32,000 bases of DNA from Nanobdella aerobiophila (GCF_023169545.1 NZ_AP019769.1:636962-668961), one strand, 5' to 3'; positions 1 through 9,566 are shown, counted from the first letter of the stretch. A program made the numbers and translations. Notes: generated from the sequence alone by a model not told the origin.

Positions 1-509
1 ATAGAGTCCTCTATAGCTAAAACTGAATTTGGTACTATATTTAATAGATTTATTGCCTTAATATAACAATCAGGTTCTGGTTTCGGTTCCTTTACATCAT
101 CTCCAGTTATTATGATATCAAAAAGGTTTATTATACCAAGATTTTTTAATACCTCTACTGCCAACCTTCTGGTATTTGATGTAACTACCCCTATTTTTAA
201 CTTTTTATCTTTTAGATAATTTAATAAATTCTTTGCACCTGGATTAAAATGAATTTTATCAATATATTTGGATATAATAAGATCTTCTGATTCTCTCAAT
301 ATATCATCTACTGATGCATTTATATTATATTTATTCAATATATTTGATATCAATTCTCTTGGAGAAGCTCCAAAGGTATCAAATCCCTTTTCTGTGATAA
401 TATTATATCTTTCTAAGACAATTTTATGTACCTCATCATATACCTTTAAACTATTTATTAATGTACCATCAAGATCTATAATTACCGCCTTTAGATTATA
501 TATTATCAT
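1..509 (-). CDS. HAD-superfamily hydrolase (phosphoglycolate phosphatase-like), 3' end cut off by the window edge
   Basis: Reverse-strand translation from the ATG at 509 starts MIIYNLKAVIIDLDGTLINS (HAD motif I DxDGT). It continues through ...KIGVVTSNTRR... to ...PEPDCYIKAINLLNIVPNSVLAIEDS at the edge. Not in the supplied ORF track. Confidence 0.88.
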   Translation of the reverse strand, partial: MIIYNLKAVIIDLDGTLINSLKVYDEVHKIVLERYNIITEKGFDTFGASPRELISNILNKYNINASVDDILRESEDLIISKYIDKIHFNPGAKNLLNYLKDKKLKIGVVTSNTRRLAVEVLKNLGIINLFDIIITGDDVKEPKPEPDCYIKAINLLNIVPNSVLAIEDS

Positions 510-549
510 GAGAATAATATTTTAAGTAAAAACTATAAATTTATATAGA

Positions 550-1593
550 ATGGAAGATATAAGAAATATATTAAAAGAACGAATAATAAAAGATTATATA
601 AATACAGGAAAAGATCCTTTAAATAATATAATTGGACAAGAAAATTCAAAAAGACAAATATTATCATCTATATTGTCTGGAAGAAATATATTAATTATTG
701 GTCCTCCAGGTACAGGTAAGACAACAATAGCAAAGAATCTATCTTTATTATTACCAGATATAGATTTTCCAGCTAATATACCATTTTGGGCGTATCCAGA
801 ATTTCCTTTTGTCCCTGAAGAGTATAGAAAGAAGTGGGAAGAGGGACCATTCATAAAACTCCACGGAAATGATAGATTTATCAGAATTCAAGGTTCTTAT
901 GATATATCTGTAGAGGACTTAATTGGAGATATAGATCCTTCAAAAGCTTTAAAATATGGAATACATTCCATAGAATCCTTTATACCAGGTAAGATATTTA
1001 GGGCCCAACATGGTATATTATTTTTTGATGAGATAAATAGGGCTCCACCAAAAGTTCAAAATTTATTATTAGAACTATTAGAAGAGAAAAAGATAACGAT
1101 AGGTGCATATGAATTTCAGATTCCAATGGATATAATATTTATTGCCACTATGAATCCAGAAAATTATTATGGTACAGAAAAAATATCCGATGTGTTATTA
1201 GATAGATTCGATATAATAAATTTAAATTATCCAAAAAATATAGAAGAAGAAAAAAAGATAATATTAAAATATGGAAAGAATTTAAATATAGATTTTCCAG
1301 AAAATTTAATCGATCTATATCTAAATTTTATATTTGAATTAAGAAATGATGATAAATTAGATAAAAAACCATCTCCAAGATCTAGCATCGGTATATATGA
1401 GAAAGCTCAATCATTGGCAATATTAGATAAAAAAGATAAGGTAGAAATACAACATATATTCGAAGCTATATTATCTGTACTGCCGCATAGGATTAGATTA
1501 AAACCTGCATACAAAATAGAAGATAATGAAGAAGGATACATAAAAAATAAATGGTCCTCATTCAATATAGGAAAAGGATTTCGGAGTAGATAA
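550..1593 (+). CDS. MoxR/magnesium-chelatase ChlI-like AAA+ ATPase
   Basis: Walker A GPPGTGKT, Walker B GILFFDEINRAPPKVQNLLLELLEE, and sensor region ATMNPENYYGTEKISDVLLDRFD. Confidence 0.9.
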   Translation: MEDIRNILKERIIKDYINTGKDPLNNIIGQENSKRQILSSILSGRNILIIGPPGTGKTTIAKNLSLLLPDIDFPANIPFWAYPEFPFVPEEYRKKWEEGPFIKLHGNDRFIRIQGSYDISVEDLIGDIDPSKALKYGIHSIESFIPGKIFRAQHGILFFDEINRAPPKVQNLLLELLEEKKITIGAYEFQIPMDIIFIATMNPENYYGTEKISDVLLDRFDIINLNYPKNIEEEKKIILKYGKNLNIDFPENLIDLYLNFIFELRNDDKLDKKPSPRSSIGIYEKAQSLAILDKKDKVEIQHIFEAILSVLPHRIRLKPAYKIEDNEEGYIKNKWSSFNIGKGFRSR

Positions 1594-1672
1594 TAATATA
1601 AATAGACCTGGAGAAAGCTTTAAGGAAAAAAGCAGGATAAATGATAATATAAAAGATATTGTAGAAGATATA

Positions 1673-2641
1673 TTGAGAGATGGAAATAGTATATTCGATA
1701 TAAATAAGTATTATGATAATAGAAAAAGATATTCTAAATTTATATCAAAGATTATAAACATAGACGAAAAGAGGATAAGAGACGATAAAAATGAAAGATT
1801 TGAAAAAGAACTAAAGAATTCACTGGAGAACATAAAAAATATAATGATAAGAGAAGGGTATTTAAAAGAAGACGGACAATTATCTGAACAAAGTTTAAGA
1901 TTATATGCAAAAGAGATAATTGGCGATATAGAAAAAGAAATATCTGGAATATTTGAGTATGGAAAATTTTATTCTAATAATATAGGAAAAGATGAATATC
2001 TATTCGGAAAAAACTTTGGCATAGGTGATAAATATAACGAAATTGATATTAAAAATACTATAAGAGAATATATTAAAAATAGAGATATAAAATTTATTGT
2101 AGAAAAGAAAAGAGAAAATAAGGGCGGTAAATATATAATATTGCTAGATATATCTGGAAGCATGATAGGAAAAAAGATATATGAAGCTAAAAAGGCACTA
2201 ATTGTATTGATAGAAAAAATATTGATAGATAATAACGCCGTCGATCTAATATTATTTAACGATAAATCAATAAAGAAATATTATAATATAAATAAAATAG
2301 AAAATATTATAGATATATTAAAGCTTGTTCCTAATGGTAGCACAGACATCGCCTCCACACTATATGAAGTATATAATGATATAGATAGTTTTTCACATAT
2401 AATAATCATTACTGATGCATTGCCTACATATGGAGAAAAACCTATTGATAGAACATTAGAAATTACAAAGATAATAAGTAATAAAGCATATATATCAATA
2501 ATTGGTATAGGATTAAATCAGGAGGGAGAGAGGATAGCAAAACTTATAACTAAATATGGAAATGGAAGATTATTTATAACTAAAAATATAGAAGACTTGA
2601 AAAAATTAGTTCTTATAGAATATGAATTGTCTAAATTATAG
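1673..2641 (+). CDS. von Willebrand factor A (VWA) domain protein, ChlD/MoxR-partner-like
   Basis: MIDAS motif DISGSM (LLDISGSMIGKK) and downstream TDIASTLYEVYNDI and IIIITDALPTYG. Adjacent to the AAA+ ATPase gene. TTG start. Confidence 0.85.
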   Translation: MRDGNSIFDINKYYDNRKRYSKFISKIINIDEKRIRDDKNERFEKELKNSLENIKNIMIREGYLKEDGQLSEQSLRLYAKEIIGDIEKEISGIFEYGKFYSNNIGKDEYLFGKNFGIGDKYNEIDIKNTIREYIKNRDIKFIVEKKRENKGGKYIILLDISGSMIGKKIYEAKKALIVLIEKILIDNNAVDLILFNDKSIKKYYNINKIENIIDILKLVPNGSTDIASTLYEVYNDIDSFSHIIIITDALPTYGEKPIDRTLEITKIISNKAYISIIGIGLNQEGERIAKLITKYGNGRLFITKNIEDLKKLVLIEYELSKL

Positions 2642-3188
2642 ACTTTAATATGTCTTTTTCAGCTATATTTTCTCCCAAATATTTCTTATATTTTCCAGAT
2701 AATTTTTTCTTAGCTACCTCCAAATAAAAGTCTATATTTTTCATAAATTCTAGTTTATTGAAATATATAGATAATACAATATCTTTATAATGTATTTGGG
2801 CTGCTCTAGTATATGGTTTTCCAAAAGATAGTCTCATTCCTTGTGAAATCCTGTCCGCACCTGCACCATATACTAATGAATGCTCTCTTACCACATGATG
2901 CGGATATTTTCTTACAATAAATAAGAATTCTTTTACTTCTTCTTCTAGATATTTTGTTAAATTTGTTCTAACAGATTCTAAAGCATAATCAGATAATTGT
3001 ATTGTTTCTATAGAAATTATGTGCCCTGCATATTTCCATTGGTCTATTGGTACACTCTTCAATCCCATTATATTCATTCTTAATTTTGATACTGGAGATC
3101 CTGGTATTTTATTATGCTTCTTACTATATGAAAATCTTGTATATGGTCTTTCAATTTCTTTAAATATTCTCCAAGGCCTTTTTGCCAT
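2631..3188 (-). CDS. 50S ribosomal protein L10e/uL16
   Basis: MAKRPWRIFKEIERPYTRFSYSKKHNKIPGSPVSKLRMNIMG and REHSLVYGAGADRISQGMRLSFGKPYTRAAQI match the archaeal L10e pattern. Confidence 0.9.
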   Translation of the reverse strand: MAKRPWRIFKEIERPYTRFSYSKKHNKIPGSPVSKLRMNIMGLKSVPIDQWKYAGHIISIETIQLSDYALESVRTNLTKYLEEEVKEFLFIVRKYPHHVVREHSLVYGAGADRISQGMRLSFGKPYTRAAQIHYKDIVLSIYFNKLEFMKNIDFYLEVAKKKLSGKYKKYLGENIAEKDILKSII

Positions 3189-3667
3189 TATAACATTCTT
3201 TTCAACAATATATTTATATCTTTGCCATAATAACCATAAGCGCCACCATGTTTATAATCGAACTTTATTCCCTTCCTTTTATAGCCTCCTTTTGGTGGAA
3301 CCAGTCTAAAGAATGGTTTTATATCTTGTATATCATTCATATTTATCTCTGAATTGTATAATTTTTCAACAAATTCATCAAAACTCATTTTTAACTTATC
3401 CTTTATATAATCTTCTGTCAATTTTTTATTTCCTTTTATTCTCCCTCTATTCAATAACAATTCTTTTAATGTATCTCTATCTATTTCCCCCCATGCTACC
3501 CAGGGTTCTACTTTTCTTACCATATTTACTATAGAATCTGTCTTATCAAGTATAACTGCATAGTTATTTCTTCTCAACCTTAGTAAATACAATGTATCCT
3601 TTATCTCTTTTTTCGCTTTATTTGTTCCTCTAATTCTTATAACTATGATCTTCTCCATTTTATGCAA
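3188..3667 (-). CDS. 50S ribosomal protein L30 (uL30)
   Basis: IIVIRIRGTNKAKKEIKDTLYLLRLRRNNYAVIL plus the C-terminal FFRLVPPKGGYKRKGIKFDYKHGGAYGYYG. Confidence 0.92.
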   Translation of the reverse strand: MHKMEKIIVIRIRGTNKAKKEIKDTLYLLRLRRNNYAVILDKTDSIVNMVRKVEPWVAWGEIDRDTLKELLLNRGRIKGNKKLTEDYIKDKLKMSFDEFVEKLYNSEINMNDIQDIKPFFRLVPPKGGYKRKGIKFDYKHGGAYGYYGKDINILLKRML

Positions 3668-4418
3668 ATCCTATCTTTATTCCCGATATCTCTTTATATT
3701 CTGGCCTTATTCTATAATCTAGAGTCTTCTTTAGTGCATTATATGTAGCTACAGCAAAATTAATCCTCTTTCTTGTCTGACCAAATGATTTCATCCATAG
3801 ATCTCTTATACCTGCAAGCTTTAATATTTTCTTCATTTCTTCAGAGGCGACAAGACCGATACCTTTTGGAGCTGGCAATAATGTTACTCTAACAGAACCT
3901 GAACTTCCATCTACCCTATAGGGCAAAGAATGCGGTGTCCTACAAGAACATTCCCAAGAACCGCATCCCCTGGCAATTGGAATTATGTTTAATTTTGCAA
4001 TCCTCAATGCTTTCTCCATGGATAATTGAACATCCCAAGATTTTCCAACTCCAACACCTATATACCCATTTTCATTTCCGACTGCCGCGATAGAGACCCA
4101 AGATGTCTTATTACCCTCGGCAGTCTTCCTTTGAACCATTTTTACCAATTTTGGTCTCCTATATTTTCCCCTTGACAATGATAATTTTATATAATTATAT
4201 TTTAGATTTGGTAACAATATATCCACAACCTCTGGCTCTAATATCTTGTATCCTTGAGAAAATACCTGTTCTATTGATGTTATTTTTCCTTCCTTAACCA
4301 ATTTTCCTAATTTGGTTTTTGGATTCCAAGAATCTAAGTCATTATTCGTATTATCTATCTTTTTTAATGTTTCATTTTCTTTTTCTTCAGCTTTTTCTAA
4401 TATATCATTATCTACCAT
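3660..4418 (-). CDS. 30S ribosomal protein S5 (uS5)
   Basis: WNPKTKLGKLVKEGKI, GYIGVGVGKSWDVQLSMEKALRIAKLNIIPIARGCGSWEC and LLPAPKGIGLVASEEMKKILKLAGIRDLWMKSFGQT. Confidence 0.96.
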   Translation of the reverse strand: MVDNDILEKAEEKENETLKKIDNTNNDLDSWNPKTKLGKLVKEGKITSIEQVFSQGYKILEPEVVDILLPNLKYNYIKLSLSRGKYRRPKLVKMVQRKTAEGNKTSWVSIAAVGNENGYIGVGVGKSWDVQLSMEKALRIAKLNIIPIARGCGSWECSCRTPHSLPYRVDGSSGSVRVTLLPAPKGIGLVASEEMKKILKLAGIRDLWMKSFGQTRKRINFAVATYNALKKTLDYRIRPEYKEISGIKIGFA

Positions 4419-4576
4419 TTTCTATCTAATTTATAACTCCATGAATATGCCCTTAATTTACTAGTCCTCCCGAAACCACAATGTGAACAGTATCCCTTAT
4501 CTGGATTATATGTCATTCTCCCACATCTTCTACATATAACATGATTCTTTTTATTTACGCCACCAGTCGTAGTCAT
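4412..4576 (-). CDS. 50S ribosomal protein L37e (eL37), zinc ribbon; absent from the ORF track
   Basis: Hand translation gives MTTTGGVNKKNHVICRRCGRMTYNPDKGYCSHCGFGRTSKLRAYSWSYKLDRKW*. It has the CRRCG...CSHCG zinc-binding pairs and the RAYSW motif of eL37, and overlaps the uS5 start by 7 nt. Confidence 0.87.
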   Translation of the reverse strand: MTTTGGVNKKNHVICRRCGRMTYNPDKGYCSHCGFGRTSKLRAYSWSYKLDRKW

Positions 4577-4664
4577 TTATCATGATATATATAATAAGTT
4601 TTATAAAAGATATTGAAAGATAAATTTTCAGTATAATTATGAATCTTTTTATTATAAAATTTTT

Positions 4665-5075
4665 ATGGAAAAAAATAAAAGTACATCATATAATATAAAC
4701 TTATATCCATTTATAGAACTTCTGGTAACGATTGGCGTTTTGATTGAACTTTATATTAATAACATGAGTTTTTATATGATTTATAGTATTTGCCTACCAA
4801 TAATGGCAATTATTATACTAATATATATAAATAATAACGGAAAATTTCGATATAACTTAAAATATATTTCAAAATTTTCGGATTATATATCTAATTTTTA
4901 TATTTACATATTTATTATTTCTTTATTATTAGCTATAATATTATTAATCTTATATTATTCTTTTAACAAATACATAGATATATTTTCATCTATAATAGAA
5001 TTATTATCCATATTAGAAGGCACGATTGTTATAAGTTTAATGACTAGCAAAGTAAAAAATTATCAAAAATATTAA
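4665..5075 (+). CDS. Small multi-pass membrane protein of unknown function
   Basis: Several hydrophobic stretches (FIELLVTIGVLIELYI, MIYSICLPIMAIIILIYI, FYIYIFIISLLLAIILLILYY). The stop is immediately followed by the start of the glycosyltransferase gene. Confidence 0.6.
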   Translation: MEKNKSTSYNINLYPFIELLVTIGVLIELYINNMSFYMIYSICLPIMAIIILIYINNNGKFRYNLKYISKFSDYISNFYIYIFIISLLLAIILLILYYSFNKYIDIFSSIIELLSILEGTIVISLMTSKVKNYQKY

Positions 5076-5076
5076 A

Positions 5077-6129
5077 ATGAATATATCTATTATAATACCT
5101 ACTTTAAATGAAAAAAATAATATCAAAGAATTAATTGAAAGGATAGAAAATACATTAAAGAATATTCCTTATGAAATTATTTTTATTGATGATGGATCAA
5201 AAGATGGAACTATTGATGAAATAAACAAATATAAAAATAATAATGTAATTTTAATTGAAAGAGGGAGTAAAAAAGGATTGGGATCTGCATTTATTGATGG
5301 ATTAAAGATATCTAAAGGTAAATATATAGTTTTAATGGATGCAGATTTACAACATCCTCCAGAATTATTAATTGAATTATATAATAATATAAAAGATTAC
5401 GATCTAGTAATTGCATCAAGATATATAAAAGGCGGATCTGTTGAAAATTGGAATATAATAAGAAAAATAATATCAAAAGGTGCTATATTTATTTCTCATT
5501 TATTATTACCTGAAACAAAAAAAATAAAAGATACAATGTCAGGTTATTTTATTATTAGAAAAGAATTATTAAATGATTTTAATGTAACGGATCCTCATGA
5601 GTATAAAGTATTATTAGATATTTTGGTAAAAATAAAGCCTGAGAAAATTTTAGAAATTCCTTATATATTTAAAGAAAGAAAATATGGAAAATCAAAATTA
5701 GGTAAAAAAATAATATTTGGATATTTAAAACAGGTATTAAAATTATTTTCCTGGGAACAATTTATTAAATTTAATTTGGTTGGTATATCAGGTATTTTTA
5801 TTAATTTAGGTTCTCTATATTTATTATACAATTTTTTACCATTTTATTTATCTTCATTTTTAGCAATTTTTATTTCAATAATATGGGTATTCATTTTTAA
5901 TGACATTTGGGTATTTAGAGAAGAGAGGAAATATAAAAAATTCTGGAAAAGATTTATTGAATTTGTAGGAGGTAGAAGTATTATATCAAAACCTGTACAA
6001 TATTTAATAGCTTTAGGATTTTATTATATATTCGGCATAAATTATATAATATCACAATTAATAGGAATAATTATTGCTGCAATAATAAATTGGTTTTATA
6101 CAAAAAATTATGTATATCGGATTTCATGA
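5077..6129 (+). CDS. GT2 family dolichyl-phosphate-sugar synthase fused to a GtrA-like membrane domain
   Basis: ISIIIPTLNEKNNIKELIERI, IIFIDDGSKDGT, VLMDADLQHPPE and SRYIKGG in the N-terminal half. A four-helix GtrA-like region starts at IKFNLVGISGIFINLGSLYLLY. Confidence 0.93.
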   Translation: MNISIIIPTLNEKNNIKELIERIENTLKNIPYEIIFIDDGSKDGTIDEINKYKNNNVILIERGSKKGLGSAFIDGLKISKGKYIVLMDADLQHPPELLIELYNNIKDYDLVIASRYIKGGSVENWNIIRKIISKGAIFISHLLLPETKKIKDTMSGYFIIRKELLNDFNVTDPHEYKVLLDILVKIKPEKILEIPYIFKERKYGKSKLGKKIIFGYLKQVLKLFSWEQFIKFNLVGISGIFINLGSLYLLYNFLPFYLSSFLAIFISIIWVFIFNDIWVFREERKYKKFWKRFIEFVGGRSIISKPVQYLIALGFYYIFGINYIISQLIGIIIAAIINWFYTKNYVYRIS

Positions 6130-6461
6130 ACAATATCTCCATATGACCTCTGAAGTATAATATAAATTGCAATATCATTAGAGTTATTTGAAAATGATAT
6201 ACTAATACTATCATATCATAGTCATTCTCTAAATAAGCTATTATCTATCCTATTTACAGATCTTTTACTAGATAGATTGTTATTGTTTTGAATGCTTTAT
6301 TCATCTGCTAAAGATCCTTATTTATAAAGATTCAATAGTTCTGACAAGCCCTTACATGATTTTAAAAACCCATACAAGTCCCGCATACACTATAATCACA
6401 AAAAATATTTTTTACATAAGGTCATAGTTAACTTAAATATTTGTAAGTATTGTAAAAAATA

Positions 6462-6911
6462 ATGGACGAAGATTTAATCGTTATTAAAATTTATAATTAT
6501 ACGACCAGATCCTTAAGGTCCATAATGAGCATAATATCCTATATAATATTAATAGGCTTCATAATGTATTTATCAATCTATAATTACATTTTAATATTTA
6601 TATTTTCTGTCATAACTATAATATCATTTTATATTAAAAATATAATAAAAAAGGAAAGGCCAATAGATAAATTTGATATAGAAAGAAAAAATATAATAGA
6701 TAACTTTTCATTTCCGAGTATTCACACAATATTATCCATTTTTATATTCTTTATAACAATAAATCCCATAATATTAATAGTCCCTATCTTAAGGGTCTTA
6801 TCTCTAAGACATTATATTGTAGATGTATTATATTCTTCATTTATCGGAATTTCTATATATTTACTATATTATATTTTATATTATCAACATTTTATTATAT
6901 TTCGATGGTAA
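6462..6911 (+). CDS. PAP2-family (phosphatidic acid phosphatase-like) membrane phosphatase
   Basis: KKERP, SFPSIHT and LRVLSLRHYIVDVLYS match the three PAP2 motifs (KxxxRP, PSxH, SRxxxxxHxxxD-like). Multi-pass membrane protein. Confidence 0.75.
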   Translation: MDEDLIVIKIYNYTTRSLRSIMSIISYIILIGFIMYLSIYNYILIFIFSVITIISFYIKNIIKKERPIDKFDIERKNIIDNFSFPSIHTILSIFIFFITINPIILIVPILRVLSLRHYIVDVLYSSFIGISIYLLYYILYYQHFIIFRW

Positions 6912-6953
6912 AAAATATCAAAAATTGTTATTATTCCATAACAAAATGACAGG

Positions 6954-8231
6954 TTATTTATAAATAATATTTTTAATATTATCTAGTTCTTCAATTTTTA
7001 TATTTATTCTTTCTTTTGTCTCTCTATCTTGTAATAATACAAAGCCATTTTTAATCTCTTTTTCCCCCACAATTAGCAGATATCTAATATCTTTATCTAC
7101 TGCATATTTTATTTGTTTATTAAAATCTCTACTCATAATATCTATATAACAATTTATACCAATAGATCTTAATTTATTACATATACTCCATGCGTCTTTT
7201 AATGTATTATTAAAATATACCACTACTAGATCTGTATATGTCTTTTTTTTCATCTTAAATATCTTTAATTCTATACCCGCATCAATTAACCTCTCTATTC
7301 CTATACTACCTCCAACTGCTGGTATATCTCTATTAGAAAATTTTCCTATAAGATTATCATACCTACCACCACCTGCTAAAGAACCGATCTTAGGTTCATC
7401 GACTCTTGCCTCAAATATCATACCAGTATAATAATCCAATCCTCTTACTAAAGATAAAGATAATTCTACATTTTTTTTATCTACTAATAAATCAAAGATA
7501 TTATTATTATAATTTATCAGTTCATTTAGATCATTAAATTTTGACAAATAATCGATTAGTTCCTGATCCTTCAGTTGTATTATATTTATTATTTTATTAG
7601 ATGTATCTGTATCTAATATAGAATTCAGTTCCTTTTCTACGTTTTCTATACCTATCTTATCTAACTTATCTATAATATTATATACTTTAAATATTTTATC
7701 CTGATTTATTGATAATAATTTTTCAAATATGTACCTTAAAAATTCTCTATTATTTATTATAATCTTGTAATTATTGAATTTAAATTCCTTAAAAACTTCA
7801 ATTACTAGATTTATTATTTCTGCATCACTTGTGTACTCCCTTGATCCTATTATGTCGAAATCCGCCTGATAGAACTCTCTATACCTCCCTTTTTGGGGAT
7901 TATCGTACCTATAAGACTTATCAATTACATATCTCTTAAATGGGAGTGGGAATTGAAATCTAGAATAGAATCTTGCCAAAGGAATAGTATGATCATATCT
8001 TAATGAGTATTCTTTATCAGAATAAGGTAGTCTAAATCTCCATATTAATTTATTTTCTGCTTCTTCGCCATATTTTCCTTTTAGTATATCCCAATATTCT
8101 ACTGTCGATGTCTCTATAGGATCAAAGCCGTATCTAATAAAAATTTTTTCTATCCTATTAAAAATTTTCTTTCTTAATATCTTTATCTCTGGAGTAAAGT
8201 CCCTCAAACCTGCAGGTGGTTCTAAATTCAT
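6954..8231 (-). CDS. hisS: Histidyl-tRNA synthetase
   Basis: PPAGLRDFTPEIKILRKKIF, SLRYDHTIPLARFYSR, RPQ-like RYDNPQKGRYREFYQADFDIIG, LVRGLDYYTGMIFEAR and GGRYDNLI. Confidence 0.96.
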   Translation of the reverse strand: MNLEPPAGLRDFTPEIKILRKKIFNRIEKIFIRYGFDPIETSTVEYWDILKGKYGEEAENKLIWRFRLPYSDKEYSLRYDHTIPLARFYSRFQFPLPFKRYVIDKSYRYDNPQKGRYREFYQADFDIIGSREYTSDAEIINLVIEVFKEFKFNNYKIIINNREFLRYIFEKLLSINQDKIFKVYNIIDKLDKIGIENVEKELNSILDTDTSNKIINIIQLKDQELIDYLSKFNDLNELINYNNNIFDLLVDKKNVELSLSLVRGLDYYTGMIFEARVDEPKIGSLAGGGRYDNLIGKFSNRDIPAVGGSIGIERLIDAGIELKIFKMKKKTYTDLVVVYFNNTLKDAWSICNKLRSIGINCYIDIMSRDFNKQIKYAVDKDIRYLLIVGEKEIKNGFVLLQDRETKERINIKIEELDNIKNIIYK

Positions 8232-8272
8232 TATAATATTTTAAAAATATTCTTTAATAAGATATTTCTATC

Positions 8273-8719
8273 ATGGTTGTTCATAGAAGGAAAAAATATA
8301 GGAAATCATTAGGATCAAGATATGCTAGAAGAGGGAATAGTGATAGAAATAGAGGAAAAGGAAATAAAGGTGGAGCTGGATTTTCTGGATGGAGATTTAA
8401 GAAACAGAAATATATAAAAATAATAAAAGAATTTCCAGAAAAGCTGGAGGACAAAAAAGGATTTACAAACCCAAGATATAATAAACAAAAGACCTACATA
8501 AATTTAAGAGATATTAATAATTATTTTGATTTATTATTAGAAGAGGGTATATTAAAAGAGGAAAATAATGTATATATATTAAATTTAAATGAATTAAATA
8601 TAGATAAATTATTAGGAACTGGAAAAATTGATAAGAAAATGACTATAATAGTAAAAGAAGCTTCAGAAAATGCAATAGAAAAGGTTAAAAATATAGGTGG
8701 AGAAGTTATAATTCAATAA
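8273..8719 (+). CDS. 50S ribosomal protein L15 (uL15)
   Basis: RRKKYRKSLGSRYARRGNSDRNRGKGNKGGAGFSGWRFKK N-terminus and EGGEVIIQ-like C-terminus. Confidence 0.9.
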   Translation: MVVHRRKKYRKSLGSRYARRGNSDRNRGKGNKGGAGFSGWRFKKQKYIKIIKEFPEKLEDKKGFTNPRYNKQKTYINLRDINNYFDLLLEEGILKEENNVYILNLNELNIDKLLGTGKIDKKMTIIVKEASENAIEKVKNIGGEVIIQ

Positions 8720-9168
8720 TGGACTTATCTTCAAAGAAGAGGATAGCAGCGGATATATTAAATGTAGGTATAGATAGGGTTTGGATAGACCCTAATAAAC
8801 TAGAAGATGTTCAAAAGGCATTGAGCAGACAAGATATAAAGGACCTAATAGATAAGGGAATAATAAGGTCCAAGCAAATAAAAGGACAATCAAGAGTTTT
8901 AGCTAGATATAAGCAACTACAAAGACTTAAAGGTAGAAGGAGAGGTATAGGAAATAGAAAAGGAACAAAAAAGGCTAGAAACAACAAAAAAGAAAAGTGG
9001 ATGATAAAAATAAGGGCAATAAGGAGATTAATAAAACAATTAAAATCTGAAAACAAAATAGATAGATCGACATATAGAATTATATATAATAAATCGAAAA
9101 GTGGAGCCTTTAGAAACAAGAGACACATATTAACATATCTAAAAGAGACAGGTATATTAAAAGAATAA
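8719..9168 (+). CDS. 50S ribosomal protein L19e (eL19)
   Basis: MDLSSKKRIAADILNVGIDRVWIDPNKLEDVQKALSRQDIKDLIDKGIIR and GRRRGIGNRKGTKKARNNKKEKWMIKIRAIRRLIKQLK. Confidence 0.95.
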   Translation: MDLSSKKRIAADILNVGIDRVWIDPNKLEDVQKALSRQDIKDLIDKGIIRSKQIKGQSRVLARYKQLQRLKGRRRGIGNRKGTKKARNNKKEKWMIKIRAIRRLIKQLKSENKIDRSTYRIIYNKSKSGAFRNKRHILTYLKETGILKE

Positions 9169-9174
9169 TTTCTA

Positions 9175-9249
9175 TGCCCCCACCGGGATTTGAACCCGGG
9201 TCACAGGGGTGAGGACCCTGTATCCTTGACCGGACTAGAAGATAGGGGC
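9175..9249 (-). tRNA. tRNA-Glu(CUC)
   Basis: GCCCCTATCTTCTAGTCCGGTCAAGGATACAGGGTCCTCACCCCTGTGACCCGGGTTCAAATCCCGGTGGGGGCA. Intact 7-bp acceptor stem, T-arm CCGGG/CCCGG with TTCAAAT loop, and anticodon stem CAGGG/CCCTG with loop TCCTCAC. Confidence 0.85.
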
Positions 9250-9281
9250 GATTTATTTTTTATTTATAATATATTTAAAAA

Positions 9282-9566
9282 TTATGGATTCTTAAATATA
9301 TACTCTGTTCCATTTTCCATAATAACTATATTAGTCCCATTATAATAACATATTATATTTTCCTCTAAACAGATGTTATAATATGTATTATTTATTATAA
9401 ATGATTCATTTGGATACAATAATAGCTTTACATAAAAATCCTGGCCAATATAATAACCAAAATTGTTTTTATAATAATAATTATTATCAAATTTTGACAA
9501 AAACACTAGAGTAATAAATAATATTAATACTAGATATAATAATATAAATTGAGATTTCATTTCCAA
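9282..9566 (-). CDS. Small membrane-anchored/pilin-like protein
   Basis: MEMKSQFILLYLVLILFITLVFLSKF: short basic segment plus one hydrophobic helix, followed by an Asn/Tyr-rich ectodomain. Overlaps its upstream neighbour. Confidence 0.55.
   Translation of the reverse strand: MEMKSQFILLYLVLILFITLVFLSKFDNNYYYKNNFGYYIGQDFYVKLLLYPNESFIINNTYYNICLEENIICYYNGTNIVIMENGTEYIFKNP

Noticed and set aside
268-525. 85-aa + strand ORF (MDIIRSSDSLN...)
   Set aside because: It is antisense to the clear HAD hydrolase gene (509-1, minus strand) with intact motif DLDGT, so it is most likely spurious.
550-2641. MoxR-VWA pair as a novel conflict system
   Set aside because: AAA+ (MoxR/ChlI) with VWA partner is a common chaperone-like pair, and no further effector gene accompanies it here.
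3019-4297. Forward ORFs at 3019, 3313 and 4103
   Set aside because: All are antisense to uL16, uL30 and uS5; hydrophobic or low-complexity products are typical of shadow frames in AT-rich coding DNA.
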